The position numbers and the translations under genes are program-made. A DNA stretch of 28,836 bases, taken from positions 1-28,836 of the IMG/VR virus record IMGVR_UViG_3300006118_000032; one strand, written 5' to 3'. This DNA is from a virus. Lineage: Duplodnaviria; Caudoviricetes. The notes beneath the pieces were generated by a model. That model saw only the letters and a list, made by a program, of their open reading frames with translations. It had not been told where the DNA came from and made no database searches. This document shows, one piece after another, positions 8,245 through 17,907 of this stretch. Within the stretch, counting starts at the first letter, position 1, and each line of letters starts with the position of its first letter.

Positions 8245-8604
8245 ATGCACCGATTGACAACACAAGATATTGTTAAAAAAGCTGTTGGTAATAGCAAATA
8301 CAAGCAAACCTATGCAGGTCTACATAAGCTTTTGTCTACTAATACGTATCGTTTAATGCGTGAAGGCAATACTTTGTTTTTAGTTCATATTATTGAAAAA
8401 GCAGTTTGTGAAATAGCTGTTTTAAATGGCGATACAAAAGATAATATGATGCAAAATTTTTATGGCTTTTTAAAAGCTTTAAAAAAATGTAATTATGAAA
8501 AAGTGTATATGGAGTCCAACTCTATTACAGTCATGCATCATCTTCAAGACAAAGGTTACAACATTAAAGGCGTTAACAATAATCATTACTTGTTGGAGTT
8601 GTAA
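8245..8604 (+). CDS. Hypothetical protein, possibly a degenerate GNAT-like virion assembly protein
   Basis: 119-aa alpha/beta ORF abutting both neighbours; the function is a guess from its position between nozzle and ejection genes in podoviruses. Confidence 0.6.
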   Translation: MHRLTTQDIVKKAVGNSKYKQTYAGLHKLLSTNTYRLMREGNTLFLVHIIEKAVCEIAVLNGDTKDNMMQNFYGFLKALKKCNYEKVYMESNSITVMHHLQDKGYNIKGVNNNHYLLEL

Positions 8605-11600
8605 TGAGTCTTTGGGACGACATTGTTGACACGTTTTCTAATATTGGCTCAGGAGTTGTCAATTTAGCATCAACAGCAATTACTGATGTGGTAAATGTCG
8701 GTAAATCAATTTTAGCAAATCCTTTACCTACGATTGAAACAATTGCTTTAACAGCAACAGGAGTTCCATATCCTGTAGCCGCGGCGGCAATTTCTGCCGC
8801 TAACGGTGGTAGTTTAAATACGATAGCAATTAATTTAGCCACATCTTTTGCGGGCGCTGAAGCGGGAAACTTGATTGGTGCATATGTTGGTAATACGATT
8901 ACTGACGTTTTACCTGAAGGAGGAAATGTTGCAGGATATAATTTATCTCCTTCAGATGTTGCAGATTTAGCAAAAACAGTACAAACCATTGTTACAAGTG
9001 CTTCAGCACCTGCATCGGTAGTTGCTTTGAAAGGCGGTAATTTAACAGACGTTTTAAATGCAGGTTTTGCAGGTGGCGTATCGGGATTAGTAACAAGCCA
9101 ATTAAAAGATTATGGTATCAATGCAAACAATCTTGATGGTAAATTAATTACAAACAATGTCAACGCTGCTATGACCGCCATATTAAATGGTAATAGCATT
9201 GTTGGTGCAGTAACAAATGCTACCGTTGGTACATTATCTGCTTCAGGGTTGTCGGCATTAGCAAGTACTGTAAAAACAGAATACGCAAACATTTCTAAAG
9301 ATAGTGACACATTAATATCATTAAATTCTACATTTAGCGATTTACAAAAAACTGCAAATGATTTTTATACAAATACAGTTGAAACTTTAAAAAGTACGGC
9401 ATCGGATGCATATAAATCATTATCTGATGCATTTGCTTCTATACAACCATTAGAAAAAACTGCTCAAGATGATATTAGTGCTTACAACACAAATCTTGAC
9501 CATTACAATAATTTTACGGCATATGCTCAGTCATTAGGGCGTGGAGTTACTAATACATCTTATGCGGGACAGGTTATTTTTGGACCTTATTCTTGGAATA
9601 ATAATCTTTATGGGCCCGCTTGGGCAATTACACGTGATGCAAGTTCAATCCGTGGTGGCATACCTGTTATTGACAATATTGCAAATGATGTTAATTCGGC
9701 GGCTAGTACTGCTACATCTGCTATTAATACATTAGATAGTAATGTTTCTGCTTACAATACCAATCTAAACTCTTATAACCAAACAATTAGTGATTTAAAC
9801 TCCGCAACAGATAAATATAATGCTTATGTATCGCAACTACAAGATATTGCTACTCAAGCAAAAACTTTATCAGATACGATTACGTCAAATGCAACAGATT
9901 TAAGTAAAGATTCTGCCAATTTAGCAACACAGACCTCAGCTATTGTTGCAAGTCAGATGGCACAACAATCGGCTCAATCTGCAGGTTATGCCGATGTAAA
10001 AGAAATGAATCAAGCCGTATCAGAGGGGTTTAGTTCAACAGATGCTACAAACTTCAAAGATGCATCGTTGAAAGGTTTTACAGACGCCAAAGAATACGAT
10101 ACAGCAACTGCAAACGGTTTTTCTGACAAAGCTGTTTACGATACCGCTAAAACAGATGGGTTTGATAATTATCAATCGTATAAAACGGCAACTGATGCAG
10201 GATTTACAAATGCTACAACTTATAACGATGCAGTATCTAAAGGATTTACTGACGCTACATCGTATCAAACTGCGTTAAAAGAGGGCTATCCTGACGCTAA
10301 TTCGTATTCCAAAGGTTCTATTGGCGGATTTACAGATTATGCAACTTATAGTAAAGCTTCAGACATGGGTTTTACAAACTCTGCTACTTATGATGATGCT
10401 TTAACAAAAGGATTTTCTGACGAAACAAATTATAAAAAAGCAATAGATGGTGGTTTTGATGATAACAAAACTTATCAAGATGCACTTACAAAAGGTTTTA
10501 CGGATGCAAAAAGTTATACAACTGCTTTAAATGAAGGTTACCCAAACGAAGATACTTATGCTAAAGGGTCACAAGGCGGATTCTCAGACTACAAAACCTA
10601 TTCTCAAGCCTTAAAAGAAGGATTTAATGATAATACAAGCTTTGAAGATGCAAGCACTAAAGGATTTAATGATTCTAAAACATATGAAACTGCAACAAAA
10701 GAAGGTTTTGATAATGCTACAACTTATCAAGATGCAACAGCAAAAGGCTTTACAAATGCCGAAGATTATCAAACTGCAACAAAAGATGGCTATCCTGATG
10801 CGTCAACTTATAAAAAAGGAGTTGATGGTGGATTTGCTGATTATAAAGAATATGAGCCTGCTTTTAATGCGGGATTTACAACAAAAGCGTCTTATGATGA
10901 TGCAACAGCTAAAGGCTATACCGACAATGCAACATATGTAAAAGCAGAAGCCGAAGGATTTCCTGATGCAAAAACATATGCAACAGCGTCAAAAGAAGGA
11001 TTTCCTGACGATGCATCGTATAACAAAGCGTCTAATGCAGGATTTTCAGATTATTCGACATATACAGATGCAACGAATAAAGGTTTTTCGGATTCTAAGA
11101 CTTATAGTTCGGCAATATCTTTGGGTTATCCTGATGAAGCAACTTATTCAAAAGCAAGCGATGAAGGATATCCTGATTACAAAACTTACAATACGGCAAC
11201 TAATAGCGGATTTACAGATTACAACACGTACAATACCGCCACAAAAGAGGGCTTTACGGATTTTAAAACTTACGATACTGCAAATCAATTAGGATTTCCT
11301 GACGAAAAAACCTATACAACTGCTATTAATAACGGATTTAATGATTATTCAACGTATTCTAAGGCTACAGGACAAGGTTTTACAGATTTTAATACTTATA
11401 CCACAGCAAATAAAGAAGGATTTACGGATAGCAATACGTATGATAAAGCGGTTGCAGGAGGATTTAGTGATGCAAATACATACCATAATGCATCAGATAA
11501 AGGGTTTTCTGATTTAGCAACGTTTACAAAAGCATCAGGTATGGGTTTTAACAGCAATGCTGATTACCAAAATGCTGTGGCAGGTAATTTTAATGATTAC

Positions 11601-13940
11601 GCTACTTATAAAAAAGCAACAGATGAAGGATTTACTCAAGCACAAACGTTTGCCGATGCTACAAAAGCAGGAATTGCAAATGCTTCTGATTACAAAACTT
11701 ATGTAAATGGTGGATTTTCTGATGCAAAAGTTTTTTATGATGCAAAAGCAATGGGTGATAATACCGTTAATCAGTATGCAAATGATAAAGGATTTAAAAG
11801 TTATTCGGATTTATTGTCGGCACAGGATGCGGGCTTTACTGACCCAATTAAGTGGGCTTCTGCATTACAGACTGCACAATATAATCCTGCCATAGCTACA
11901 CAGTTAGGGTATAACTCCACAGCCGACGCAAGAACCGCACAAGCAAACGGATTTGATTCATCTAAAGATTTTTATACAGCACAAAAATTTAATATATCAA
12001 ACGGTGAGGATTGGAACACTTTATCGCAATATACAGATGCAAACGGAAAATCAACGCAAGATAATATGATAGCGTTATCTAATCTTGGTGATAATCCACA
12101 GCAAATGTATAACGCATTACTTGCATTAAAAGATGAGAAAGGTAATTCTCCATCTGCTACAGATGCTCAAGCAGTTATCAATCAATACTTTTCAAACTTT
12201 ACGCCATCAACATTTAAACTTGGTGACCAGCCCCAAGGTGACCAATACCAAGTAGGCGACAAAATAACCTTAGCAGATGGCTCAACCGGTTACCTTGGCC
12301 CGCAAGGGAACATTATTACACCAAGCGATTACAACAATTACCAGTATGTGGGTACACATACGGTGCAGGGACAATACGTTGATTTGGGTAACGGTTACTA
12401 TAAAGTTGTCAACAAAGACAACCCAAATCAAATCATAAACTCTGGCGTTGTTTTTGTTGGAGAAAATTTACCAAAAACTGGTGACGCGGCGGGTTCATAC
12501 ACAATTAATCCTGACGGAACATATTCGGCGCAAAGTAGTGTCCCATATACACCAATTGGTAAGATTGATTTTTCGACATATTCACCTGAAGATATCGCTT
12601 CAATGAAGCCTGAGGAGTTATCTAATTTAACTTCTGAACAAATTGGGTCGTTGTCAAAAGACCAATTAAGCGGGTTAAGCGAAGAACAAATGCAGGCTTT
12701 GCAAAAAAATCTTCCATCCGATGTAAACACTAATCCTGACGAAGAAAGCAAATATAAAACTTTCCTTGATTTATTTAATCAACTTCAAAACAACACCAAT
12801 ACAGGTGGAACAGGAGGAACAGGTTCAGGCGGAACAGGCTCGGGAGGTACAGGAGGAAATTCGGGTGGTACAGGCGGAACGGGCGGTACTTCAAGCGGAA
12901 CGGGTGGTACTTCAGGCGGAACAGGTGGTACGGGAGGAACATCAGGTGGAGCGGGTGGAACGGGTGGTACTTCAGGCGGAACAGGTGGTACAGGAGGAAC
13001 TTCGGGAGGTACAGGCAATACAGGCGGCACAGGCAATACTTCAGGTGGTACGGGTGGCACAGGTGGTGCAGGTGGAACAAGTGGTACGGGAGGTACAGGA
13101 GGTACGGGTGGAACATCGGGAGGTACAGGTGGCACATCAGGAGGAACAGGCGGTACAGGTGGTACAGGAGGTACGGGTGGAACAACAACCACAGGCGGTG
13201 GTGGAACAACAACTACGGGCGGTGGAGGAACTACCACAACAGGTGGAACTACTACAACTACAGGTGGCACAACTACAACAGGTGGTGGTACAATTCCTTT
13301 AAGTGGGGGTGTAAATTCTACCACAGGTAGCGTTAATCCTAGTCCATTAGTAGCTACAGCAACATTTTTATCAGGAACAGGTGCAAGTACACCTGCACCA
13401 CAAATTTTGGAGAGTTTAAAACAAATGGACGTTCAACAATATCCCCAATATAATTCAATCAAACCTGCGCTCTTAAAAAAGCTTGGTTTGTTACAAATGG
13501 TTAATTCACAAGAAACTGTTCCAAGCGAGCAGGAACAGATAAGCAAAGCAACAGAACCACCGCCTAATCAACAGCAACAAACTACATTAGACCAACCGCA
13601 AGAACCTACTATTCCAACTTTTAAAAAAGGTGGAGCATTAACACAAATGCATCGTCCTGAATTTATTACAGGAGCAACAGGACATTATGTTAAAGGTAAA
13701 GGCGATGGACAATCTGATGATATTCCTGCTATGTTGGCAGACGGTGAATATGTATTTGACGCTGATACTGTTGCTCAGTTGGGTAATGGCTCTAGTGATG
13801 CAGGAGCTAAACTTCTTGACCATTTTAGAGAAGCATTAAGAGAGCATAAACGTAGCGCACCGAATGATAAAATACCACCAAAGGCATCACCTTTAATGTA
13901 TATGCGAGAAGCTCTTAAACGTCATAGAGGAGAAAAATAA
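8604..13940 (+). CDS. Giant (1778-aa) repeat-rich virion protein, probable internal/ejection or tape-measure-like protein
   Basis: Gly/Ala hydrophobic N-terminal helices, coiled coil, 14-aa repeat array, Gly/Thr tract, and C-terminal FKKGG..G.GDGQSDDIPAMLADGEYVFDA.TV motif of the kind seen in tape-measure/injection proteins. Confidence 0.7.
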   Translation: MSLWDDIVDTFSNIGSGVVNLASTAITDVVNVGKSILANPLPTIETIALTATGVPYPVAAAAISAANGGSLNTIAINLATSFAGAEAGNLIGAYVGNTITDVLPEGGNVAGYNLSPSDVADLAKTVQTIVTSASAPASVVALKGGNLTDVLNAGFAGGVSGLVTSQLKDYGINANNLDGKLITNNVNAAMTAILNGNSIVGAVTNATVGTLSASGLSALASTVKTEYANISKDSDTLISLNSTFSDLQKTANDFYTNTVETLKSTASDAYKSLSDAFASIQPLEKTAQDDISAYNTNLDHYNNFTAYAQSLGRGVTNTSYAGQVIFGPYSWNNNLYGPAWAITRDASSIRGGIPVIDNIANDVNSAASTATSAINTLDSNVSAYNTNLNSYNQTISDLNSATDKYNAYVSQLQDIATQAKTLSDTITSNATDLSKDSANLATQTSAIVASQMAQQSAQSAGYADVKEMNQAVSEGFSSTDATNFKDASLKGFTDAKEYDTATANGFSDKAVYDTAKTDGFDNYQSYKTATDAGFTNATTYNDAVSKGFTDATSYQTALKEGYPDANSYSKGSIGGFTDYATYSKASDMGFTNSATYDDALTKGFSDETNYKKAIDGGFDDNKTYQDALTKGFTDAKSYTTALNEGYPNEDTYAKGSQGGFSDYKTYSQALKEGFNDNTSFEDASTKGFNDSKTYETATKEGFDNATTYQDATAKGFTNAEDYQTATKDGYPDASTYKKGVDGGFADYKEYEPAFNAGFTTKASYDDATAKGYTDNATYVKAEAEGFPDAKTYATASKEGFPDDASYNKASNAGFSDYSTYTDATNKGFSDSKTYSSAISLGYPDEATYSKASDEGYPDYKTYNTATNSGFTDYNTYNTATKEGFTDFKTYDTANQLGFPDEKTYTTAINNGFNDYSTYSKATGQGFTDFNTYTTANKEGFTDSNTYDKAVAGGFSDANTYHNASDKGFSDLATFTKASGMGFNSNADYQNAVAGNFNDYATYKKATDEGFTQAQTFADATKAGIANASDYKTYVNGGFSDAKVFYDAKAMGDNTVNQYANDKGFKSYSDLLSAQDAGFTDPIKWASALQTAQYNPAIATQLGYNSTADARTAQANGFDSSKDFYTAQKFNISNGEDWNTLSQYTDANGKSTQDNMIALSNLGDNPQQMYNALLALKDEKGNSPSATDAQAVINQYFSNFTPSTFKLGDQPQGDQYQVGDKITLADGSTGYLGPQGNIITPSDYNNYQYVGTHTVQGQYVDLGNGYYKVVNKDNPNQIINSGVVFVGENLPKTGDAAGSYTINPDGTYSAQSSVPYTPIGKIDFSTYSPEDIASMKPEELSNLTSEQIGSLSKDQLSGLSEEQMQALQKNLPSDVNTNPDEESKYKTFLDLFNQLQNNTNTGGTGGTGSGGTGSGGTGGNSGGTGGTGGTSSGTGGTSGGTGGTGGTSGGAGGTGGTSGGTGGTGGTSGGTGNTGGTGNTSGGTGGTGGAGGTSGTGGTGGTGGTSGGTGGTSGGTGGTGGTGGTGGTTTTGGGGTTTTGGGGTTTTGGTTTTTGGTTTTGGGTIPLSGGVNSTTGSVNPSPLVATATFLSGTGASTPAPQILESLKQMDVQQYPQYNSIKPALLKKLGLLQMVNSQETVPSEQEQISKATEPPPNQQQQTTLDQPQEPTIPTFKKGGALTQMHRPEFITGATGHYVKGKGDGQSDDIPAMLADGEYVFDADTVAQLGNGSSDAGAKLLDHFREALREHKRSAPNDKIPPKASPLMYMREALKRHRGEK
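10074..11753 (+). repeat. 40 in-register 42-nt (14-aa) repeats G[FY]x[DN]xx[TS]YxxAxxx
   Basis: Unit 1 GFTDAKEY starts at 10074 and unit 40 GFSDAKVF at 11712 (=10074+39x42), with no indels; degenerate copies flank the array. Confidence 0.95.
12579..12701 (+). repeat. Five 8-aa helical repeats (YSPEDIAS MKPEELSN LTSEQIGS LSKDQLSG LSEEQMQA)
   Basis: Read directly from the translation. Confidence 0.75.
12801..13292 (+). repeat. Gly/Thr/Ser low-complexity tract (TGG, TSGG, TTTTGGGG units)
   Basis: About 164 codons almost all GGN, ACN or TCN; produces shadow ORFs in other frames. Confidence 0.95.
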
Positions 13941-15178
13941 TGGCTGATTCAAGTGCGTTAACTCAAAATACAACAGGTGCTTTGACATCTGTCAATCCAA
14001 CACTTACAAGTAGTCAACCTATTTTAGGTGCTTTGCCTACAGGAAATACAACAACAAGTAGTGTTGCCGCCCCAGGTACGGGACAAACTGCAGGTGGAGC
14101 AGGAGCGACTGCAACACAAGGCGGTACAAATCCTTTAGTAACAAGTACAGCAACTAATGTGACAGGCACGCCATCATGGTATACAGATTTTTTAAATCAA
14201 ATATCTACACAAGGTCAAAACGCAGCTCAAAATGCACAGTATGTAGGTGCAACTGATTTACAAAATCAAGCTTTTAATCAAGTAGCGCAAAACGTTGGAA
14301 ATTACAAACCCGACCTTACAAGTGCAGAAAATTACATTAGTCAAGTAGGAAACTCTAATCTTGCACAAGCAGTTGGTGATGTTGGACAAGCAAATATTGC
14401 ACGTAATTTAGCGCCACAAGCAACCGCAGGTTTAGTTGGTTCAGGACAATTTGGTTCGAGCCGTGGGGCAACCGCTTTAGGTGATACGATTGCAAATGCT
14501 GAATTAGGTTTAACACAAGCTCAAGCACAAGCTTTGCAAACTGACATGGCAAATAAACTCGCAGCAGGTCAGGCGATGGGTAATTTAGCTACGACAACTG
14601 CAGGTTTAGGTACACAAGATGTTAATAATTTAGCAACTTTGGGCGCTCAAAAGCAAACGATAGCGCAAAATGAGCAGTTATTCCCTATGCAACAGTTAGC
14701 TAATGAATCTACATTGTTAAAGAATTATAGTATTCCAACAAGTACAAGCACTTCAACAACTGCACCTGCAACATCAGGACAAATGGGATTGTCTAATTTA
14801 GCAAATATATTAAGTTTGGCAGGTTCTGCAGGTACAGCGCTTGGTGGTTCAAGTGGCGCTTTAAGCAATTATTTATTTGGTACTAAAGCTACAGGAACAA
14901 AAGGACAAGCAGGATATACCCCTGGTACTGCAGGCGTTTTAGGCTCATTCTTAGATAAATTAACTTCGGGTAGTGATACCATTGATTATGCTAATTTAAC
15001 AAAAAATGATTTTAATCCTAACCAACAATTTTCTACTGATGAGTCAGGAAATATTCTTGATTCAAGTGGTAATCAAATTATGAGTGGAGATTCAGGTTAT
15101 ACAGTAGGATTTAATGGACAAATTCTTGACCCATCAGGTAATGCTGTTGACCCACAAACATTCTTTACACAAGATTAA
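13940..15178 (+). CDS. Probable internal virion / DNA ejection protein
   Basis: Gln/Ala/Gly/Thr-rich with no Cys; GQFGSSRG motif and L..LGAQ.Q...Q pattern typical of podovirus DNA-transfer proteins. Confidence 0.65.
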   Translation: MADSSALTQNTTGALTSVNPTLTSSQPILGALPTGNTTTSSVAAPGTGQTAGGAGATATQGGTNPLVTSTATNVTGTPSWYTDFLNQISTQGQNAAQNAQYVGATDLQNQAFNQVAQNVGNYKPDLTSAENYISQVGNSNLAQAVGDVGQANIARNLAPQATAGLVGSGQFGSSRGATALGDTIANAELGLTQAQAQALQTDMANKLAAGQAMGNLATTTAGLGTQDVNNLATLGAQKQTIAQNEQLFPMQQLANESTLLKNYSIPTSTSTSTTAPATSGQMGLSNLANILSLAGSAGTALGGSSGALSNYLFGTKATGTKGQAGYTPGTAGVLGSFLDKLTSGSDTIDYANLTKNDFNPNQQFSTDESGNILDSSGNQIMSGDSGYTVGFNGQILDPSGNAVDPQTFFTQD

Positions 15179-15188
15179 GGAATAAATC

Positions 15189-17033
15189 ATGGCGCTTCCT
15201 ACAAATAATAACGATACAAGTTCAACAACTCCTAATTCAAATTTAGATATTAATCAAATTCAAGGCAAGTTGTTAACAAGCCAACAGAATTTGGATGATA
15301 TTCTTGCGCAACAAATGAACAAAAAGCCTGATATTTGGCAAGCATTAGCCGCGTTCGGTAAGCCAACTCGTACAGGTTCTTTAGCTGAAAGTGCATCAAA
15401 TTTTAGTGAAGAGTACGCAAATCAACAAAAAGAATTAGAAAACAAAATACCTTCATTGGCACAAATGCGTTCAGCATTGGGCGCTCAAACGCTTAAAACT
15501 GCCCAAGAAATGCAAGGCAATCAGTTAATGCAACAATATAACCAAACAGGTTTTTTAGACAAAATTAATACGTCTATTAATAACGGAGAGCCACCGTCTT
15601 CAACAGATATGGCAACTTTGAGTAAGTTATATGCGCTTGCACCGTCAGGTTCTTCAGCAAAAACAGAATTTGGCAAAATGTTTGAAATGGCTGACAAATT
15701 AGCAACTCAAGGTAGAGAAACCGTTAAATTAAATTCTGAACTAGCTTCCAAAGGAATGGATGTAGCAAAATTCATTATTGAAAATGGTCAACAAGCTTTT
15801 GATATGCTTCCACAAGCAACAAAAGATTTATTGCAAAAAAATTCTAATAAATCCAATCAACAACCTGTTGCAACTACAGCACAACCTACAGCACAAACTA
15901 CTGAACAACCTGTATATCCTCCACCAAAACCAATGACTATAACAAGCGATTTTGGAAATCGTGTTAATCCTGTAGATGGTAAAACACCGCAATTCCATGC
16001 AGGAATCGATTTAGCGCAACCTGAAGGCGTTGGAGTTGTACCAATGGATGCAGGTAAAGTCGTGAAGGTTGAAAAGAACCAAGGCGGTTTTGGTAATCGT
16101 GTGGTTATTGACCATGGTAATGGTTTGCAGTCTTACTATGCTCATATGCGTGATGTAGATGTAAAAGAAGGGGATAAAGTTGACCCGAATAATCCAATTG
16201 GTACAGTAGGACGCACAGGAACAGTAACAGGTCCTCATACAGAATTTGGCGTATTGCAAAATGGAAAGCCAATTGACCCTAAACCATACATCAAAGATAA
16301 AAACTTATTTACGCAATACAAACCTGTTGCGCCATCTGCTCCTAGTCCTGCAGGAACACAGGTTGCAAGTACGGATAGATACGCAGGATTTCCAATCAAA
16401 CAACAACAAGCATTCCAAGCTGCGGATGTAGAACGTATTAATAAAAAATTAGATGAAGTACCTGATTTGATGTCTAGTGCTAATAAACAAATTATTATTG
16501 GAAATACGCTATACAACACCGTAAAAGGCAATGAAGAAGCGTTTGGTATATTAAGACAAAATCCAACTTTAGCAAAATCTTTTGCAAACTTTTTAGAGAG
16601 TGGTATTAAAGTTGGAAACTTTCAAGCAGGATTTCCTATTGAAGAGTCTGTAAGAAAGTCCTTGCCTGAAAGACAGCAATTAGCAATTCAAAAGGTTGAA
16701 TCTTTGTTAAATCAAATTGCTATTCAAACAGCGGGGCAAATGAAAGGTTCTGTATCTAATTATGAAGACAAGATGGTTAAGAGTGTTTATGGTACACCAT
16801 CTAACTCGGCAGAATTTTTAAAATATATTGCAAACCGTGTCAAAATTGAAGGACAATATCAAAAAGATTTAGCAGAAAACTTTGCTAAGATTAATGCAAG
16901 TAAGCCATCAATGACATATACGCAATACATTATGTCACCGCAAGTAAAAATGATGGAAAAACAGTTTAATGATGCAGTAGATTTCGCAGCAAAGACATCG
17001 GCAAAACGTATGGGAATTAAGGACTTAGACTAA
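15189..17033 (+). CDS. Probable ejection protein with an embedded M23-family peptidoglycan peptidase domain
   Basis: Helical Gln-rich scaffold; ~15939-16290 encodes ITSDFGNR..P...HAGIDLA...GFGNRVVIDHGNGLQSYYAHM...VG.TG..TGPHTEF...IDP between Pro/Thr/Gln linkers. Confidence 0.85.
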   Translation: MALPTNNNDTSSTTPNSNLDINQIQGKLLTSQQNLDDILAQQMNKKPDIWQALAAFGKPTRTGSLAESASNFSEEYANQQKELENKIPSLAQMRSALGAQTLKTAQEMQGNQLMQQYNQTGFLDKINTSINNGEPPSSTDMATLSKLYALAPSGSSAKTEFGKMFEMADKLATQGRETVKLNSELASKGMDVAKFIIENGQQAFDMLPQATKDLLQKNSNKSNQQPVATTAQPTAQTTEQPVYPPPKPMTITSDFGNRVNPVDGKTPQFHAGIDLAQPEGVGVVPMDAGKVVKVEKNQGGFGNRVVIDHGNGLQSYYAHMRDVDVKEGDKVDPNNPIGTVGRTGTVTGPHTEFGVLQNGKPIDPKPYIKDKNLFTQYKPVAPSAPSPAGTQVASTDRYAGFPIKQQQAFQAADVERINKKLDEVPDLMSSANKQIIIGNTLYNTVKGNEEAFGILRQNPTLAKSFANFLESGIKVGNFQAGFPIEESVRKSLPERQQLAIQKVESLLNQIAIQTAGQMKGSVSNYEDKMVKSVYGTPSNSAEFLKYIANRVKIEGQYQKDLAENFAKINASKPSMTYTQYIMSPQVKMMEKQFNDAVDFAAKTSAKRMGIKDLD

Positions 17034-17860
17034 TGGCTGAAGAAAAAAATCCTTATATAAGTTTAGTTGACAAAGACGTTCCTGTTGACCAAGAACAGTC
17101 CGTTGAAAATAATCCCTATATTTCATTATTACCTAATGATGAGCCTGAAAGAAAAGGTACGGTCACAATCGGTGAGCCATCTAATATTGATAAATATATA
17201 AACACAGCAATTGGTGCAGGTACAGGAGCATTAACAGGTCCAATGCTACAGCGTTTAATGGAAGCAGGATTGTCGCCGAAACAAACAAAAACGCCATTTA
17301 ATCCAACAGGTCGTTTTGTAGAAGATAGTATTCAGAATTGGCGTACATATGCGGATAGGCAGAATGAACAAGCAAAAGCAGTTCGTCGTGCAAATGAAAT
17401 GGCAAAAAAATATCCCAATTACAATGCATTGCCTAAACCTGAACCTGAAAAAACTTTAGTTGGAAAAATGCTTAGTCCTCTTGAAGAGGTTGGAAACCGT
17501 TTGGGTTCGGTTGGAAAAACAATTGGTGAAACTATTGGACCTAGGCTTGGTGGTGCTTTAGCTATGGGGTCAGGAGCGATGGAAGCTACGGACGCTTACA
17601 ATCGTTATCAAAATAATGACCCATATGGGGCTTTAATTGCGGGCGCAGGTGCTGTTGGTTCAGGATTATCTATGTTACCTGCCGTAAGCCCTCCTACAGC
17701 GATTTTAAAAGGTATTGGAGCTACGGTAGCAACTGCATCGCCGTTTGCTATGATGTTGCATGATTATTTGAGAGATAGAGCTGTTAAGGATGGGACAGCC
17801 CAAACTCAACAGCAACCTCCGCAACAACAACCGCAACAGCAAGCTCCACAGCAACAATAG
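17033..17860 (+). CDS. Probable internal virion/ejection protein with Gly/Ala-rich hydrophobic helices
   Basis: Duplicated NPYISL motif at the N-terminus, glycine-zipper-like segments and a Gln/Pro tail; last gene of the late operon. Confidence 0.6.
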   Translation: MAEEKNPYISLVDKDVPVDQEQSVENNPYISLLPNDEPERKGTVTIGEPSNIDKYINTAIGAGTGALTGPMLQRLMEAGLSPKQTKTPFNPTGRFVEDSIQNWRTYADRQNEQAKAVRRANEMAKKYPNYNALPKPEPEKTLVGKMLSPLEEVGNRLGSVGKTIGETIGPRLGGALAMGSGAMEATDAYNRYQNNDPYGALIAGAGAVGSGLSMLPAVSPPTAILKGIGATVATASPFAMMLHDYLRDRAVKDGTAQTQQQPPQQQPQQQAPQQQ

Positions 17861-17882
17861 AGTCTTCTATCGTGAGAAGTTT

Positions 17883-17907
17883 GCCCCCTCTTCAGGGGGC
17901 TTTTTTT
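17883..17907 (+). terminator. Rho-independent terminator of the late operon
   Basis: GCCCCCT-CTTC-AGGGGGC followed by T7, just after the last + strand stop at the convergence point. Confidence 0.9.

Noticed and set aside
10074-11753. 42-nt periodicity as a possible CRISPR array or DGR repeat
   Set aside because: Conservation is at amino-acid level with synonymous variation; there is no constant repeat/unique spacer pattern and no cas or reverse transcriptase gene.
10035-11895. Alternative-frame ORFs (MQ/LQ-rich) within the 14-aa repeat array
   Set aside because: By-products of the repeat's codon pattern inside a clearly coding frame.
12766-13324. Three long overlapping ORFs (VQEEQ-rich +, LYHL-rich -, PPV-rich -)
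   Set aside because: Shadow frames of the Gly/Thr codon tract, which lacks stops in other frames; no RBS or independent features.
17883-17907. Bidirectional terminator
   Set aside because: The U-tract exists only for the + strand; the minus-strand side is followed by AAAC.
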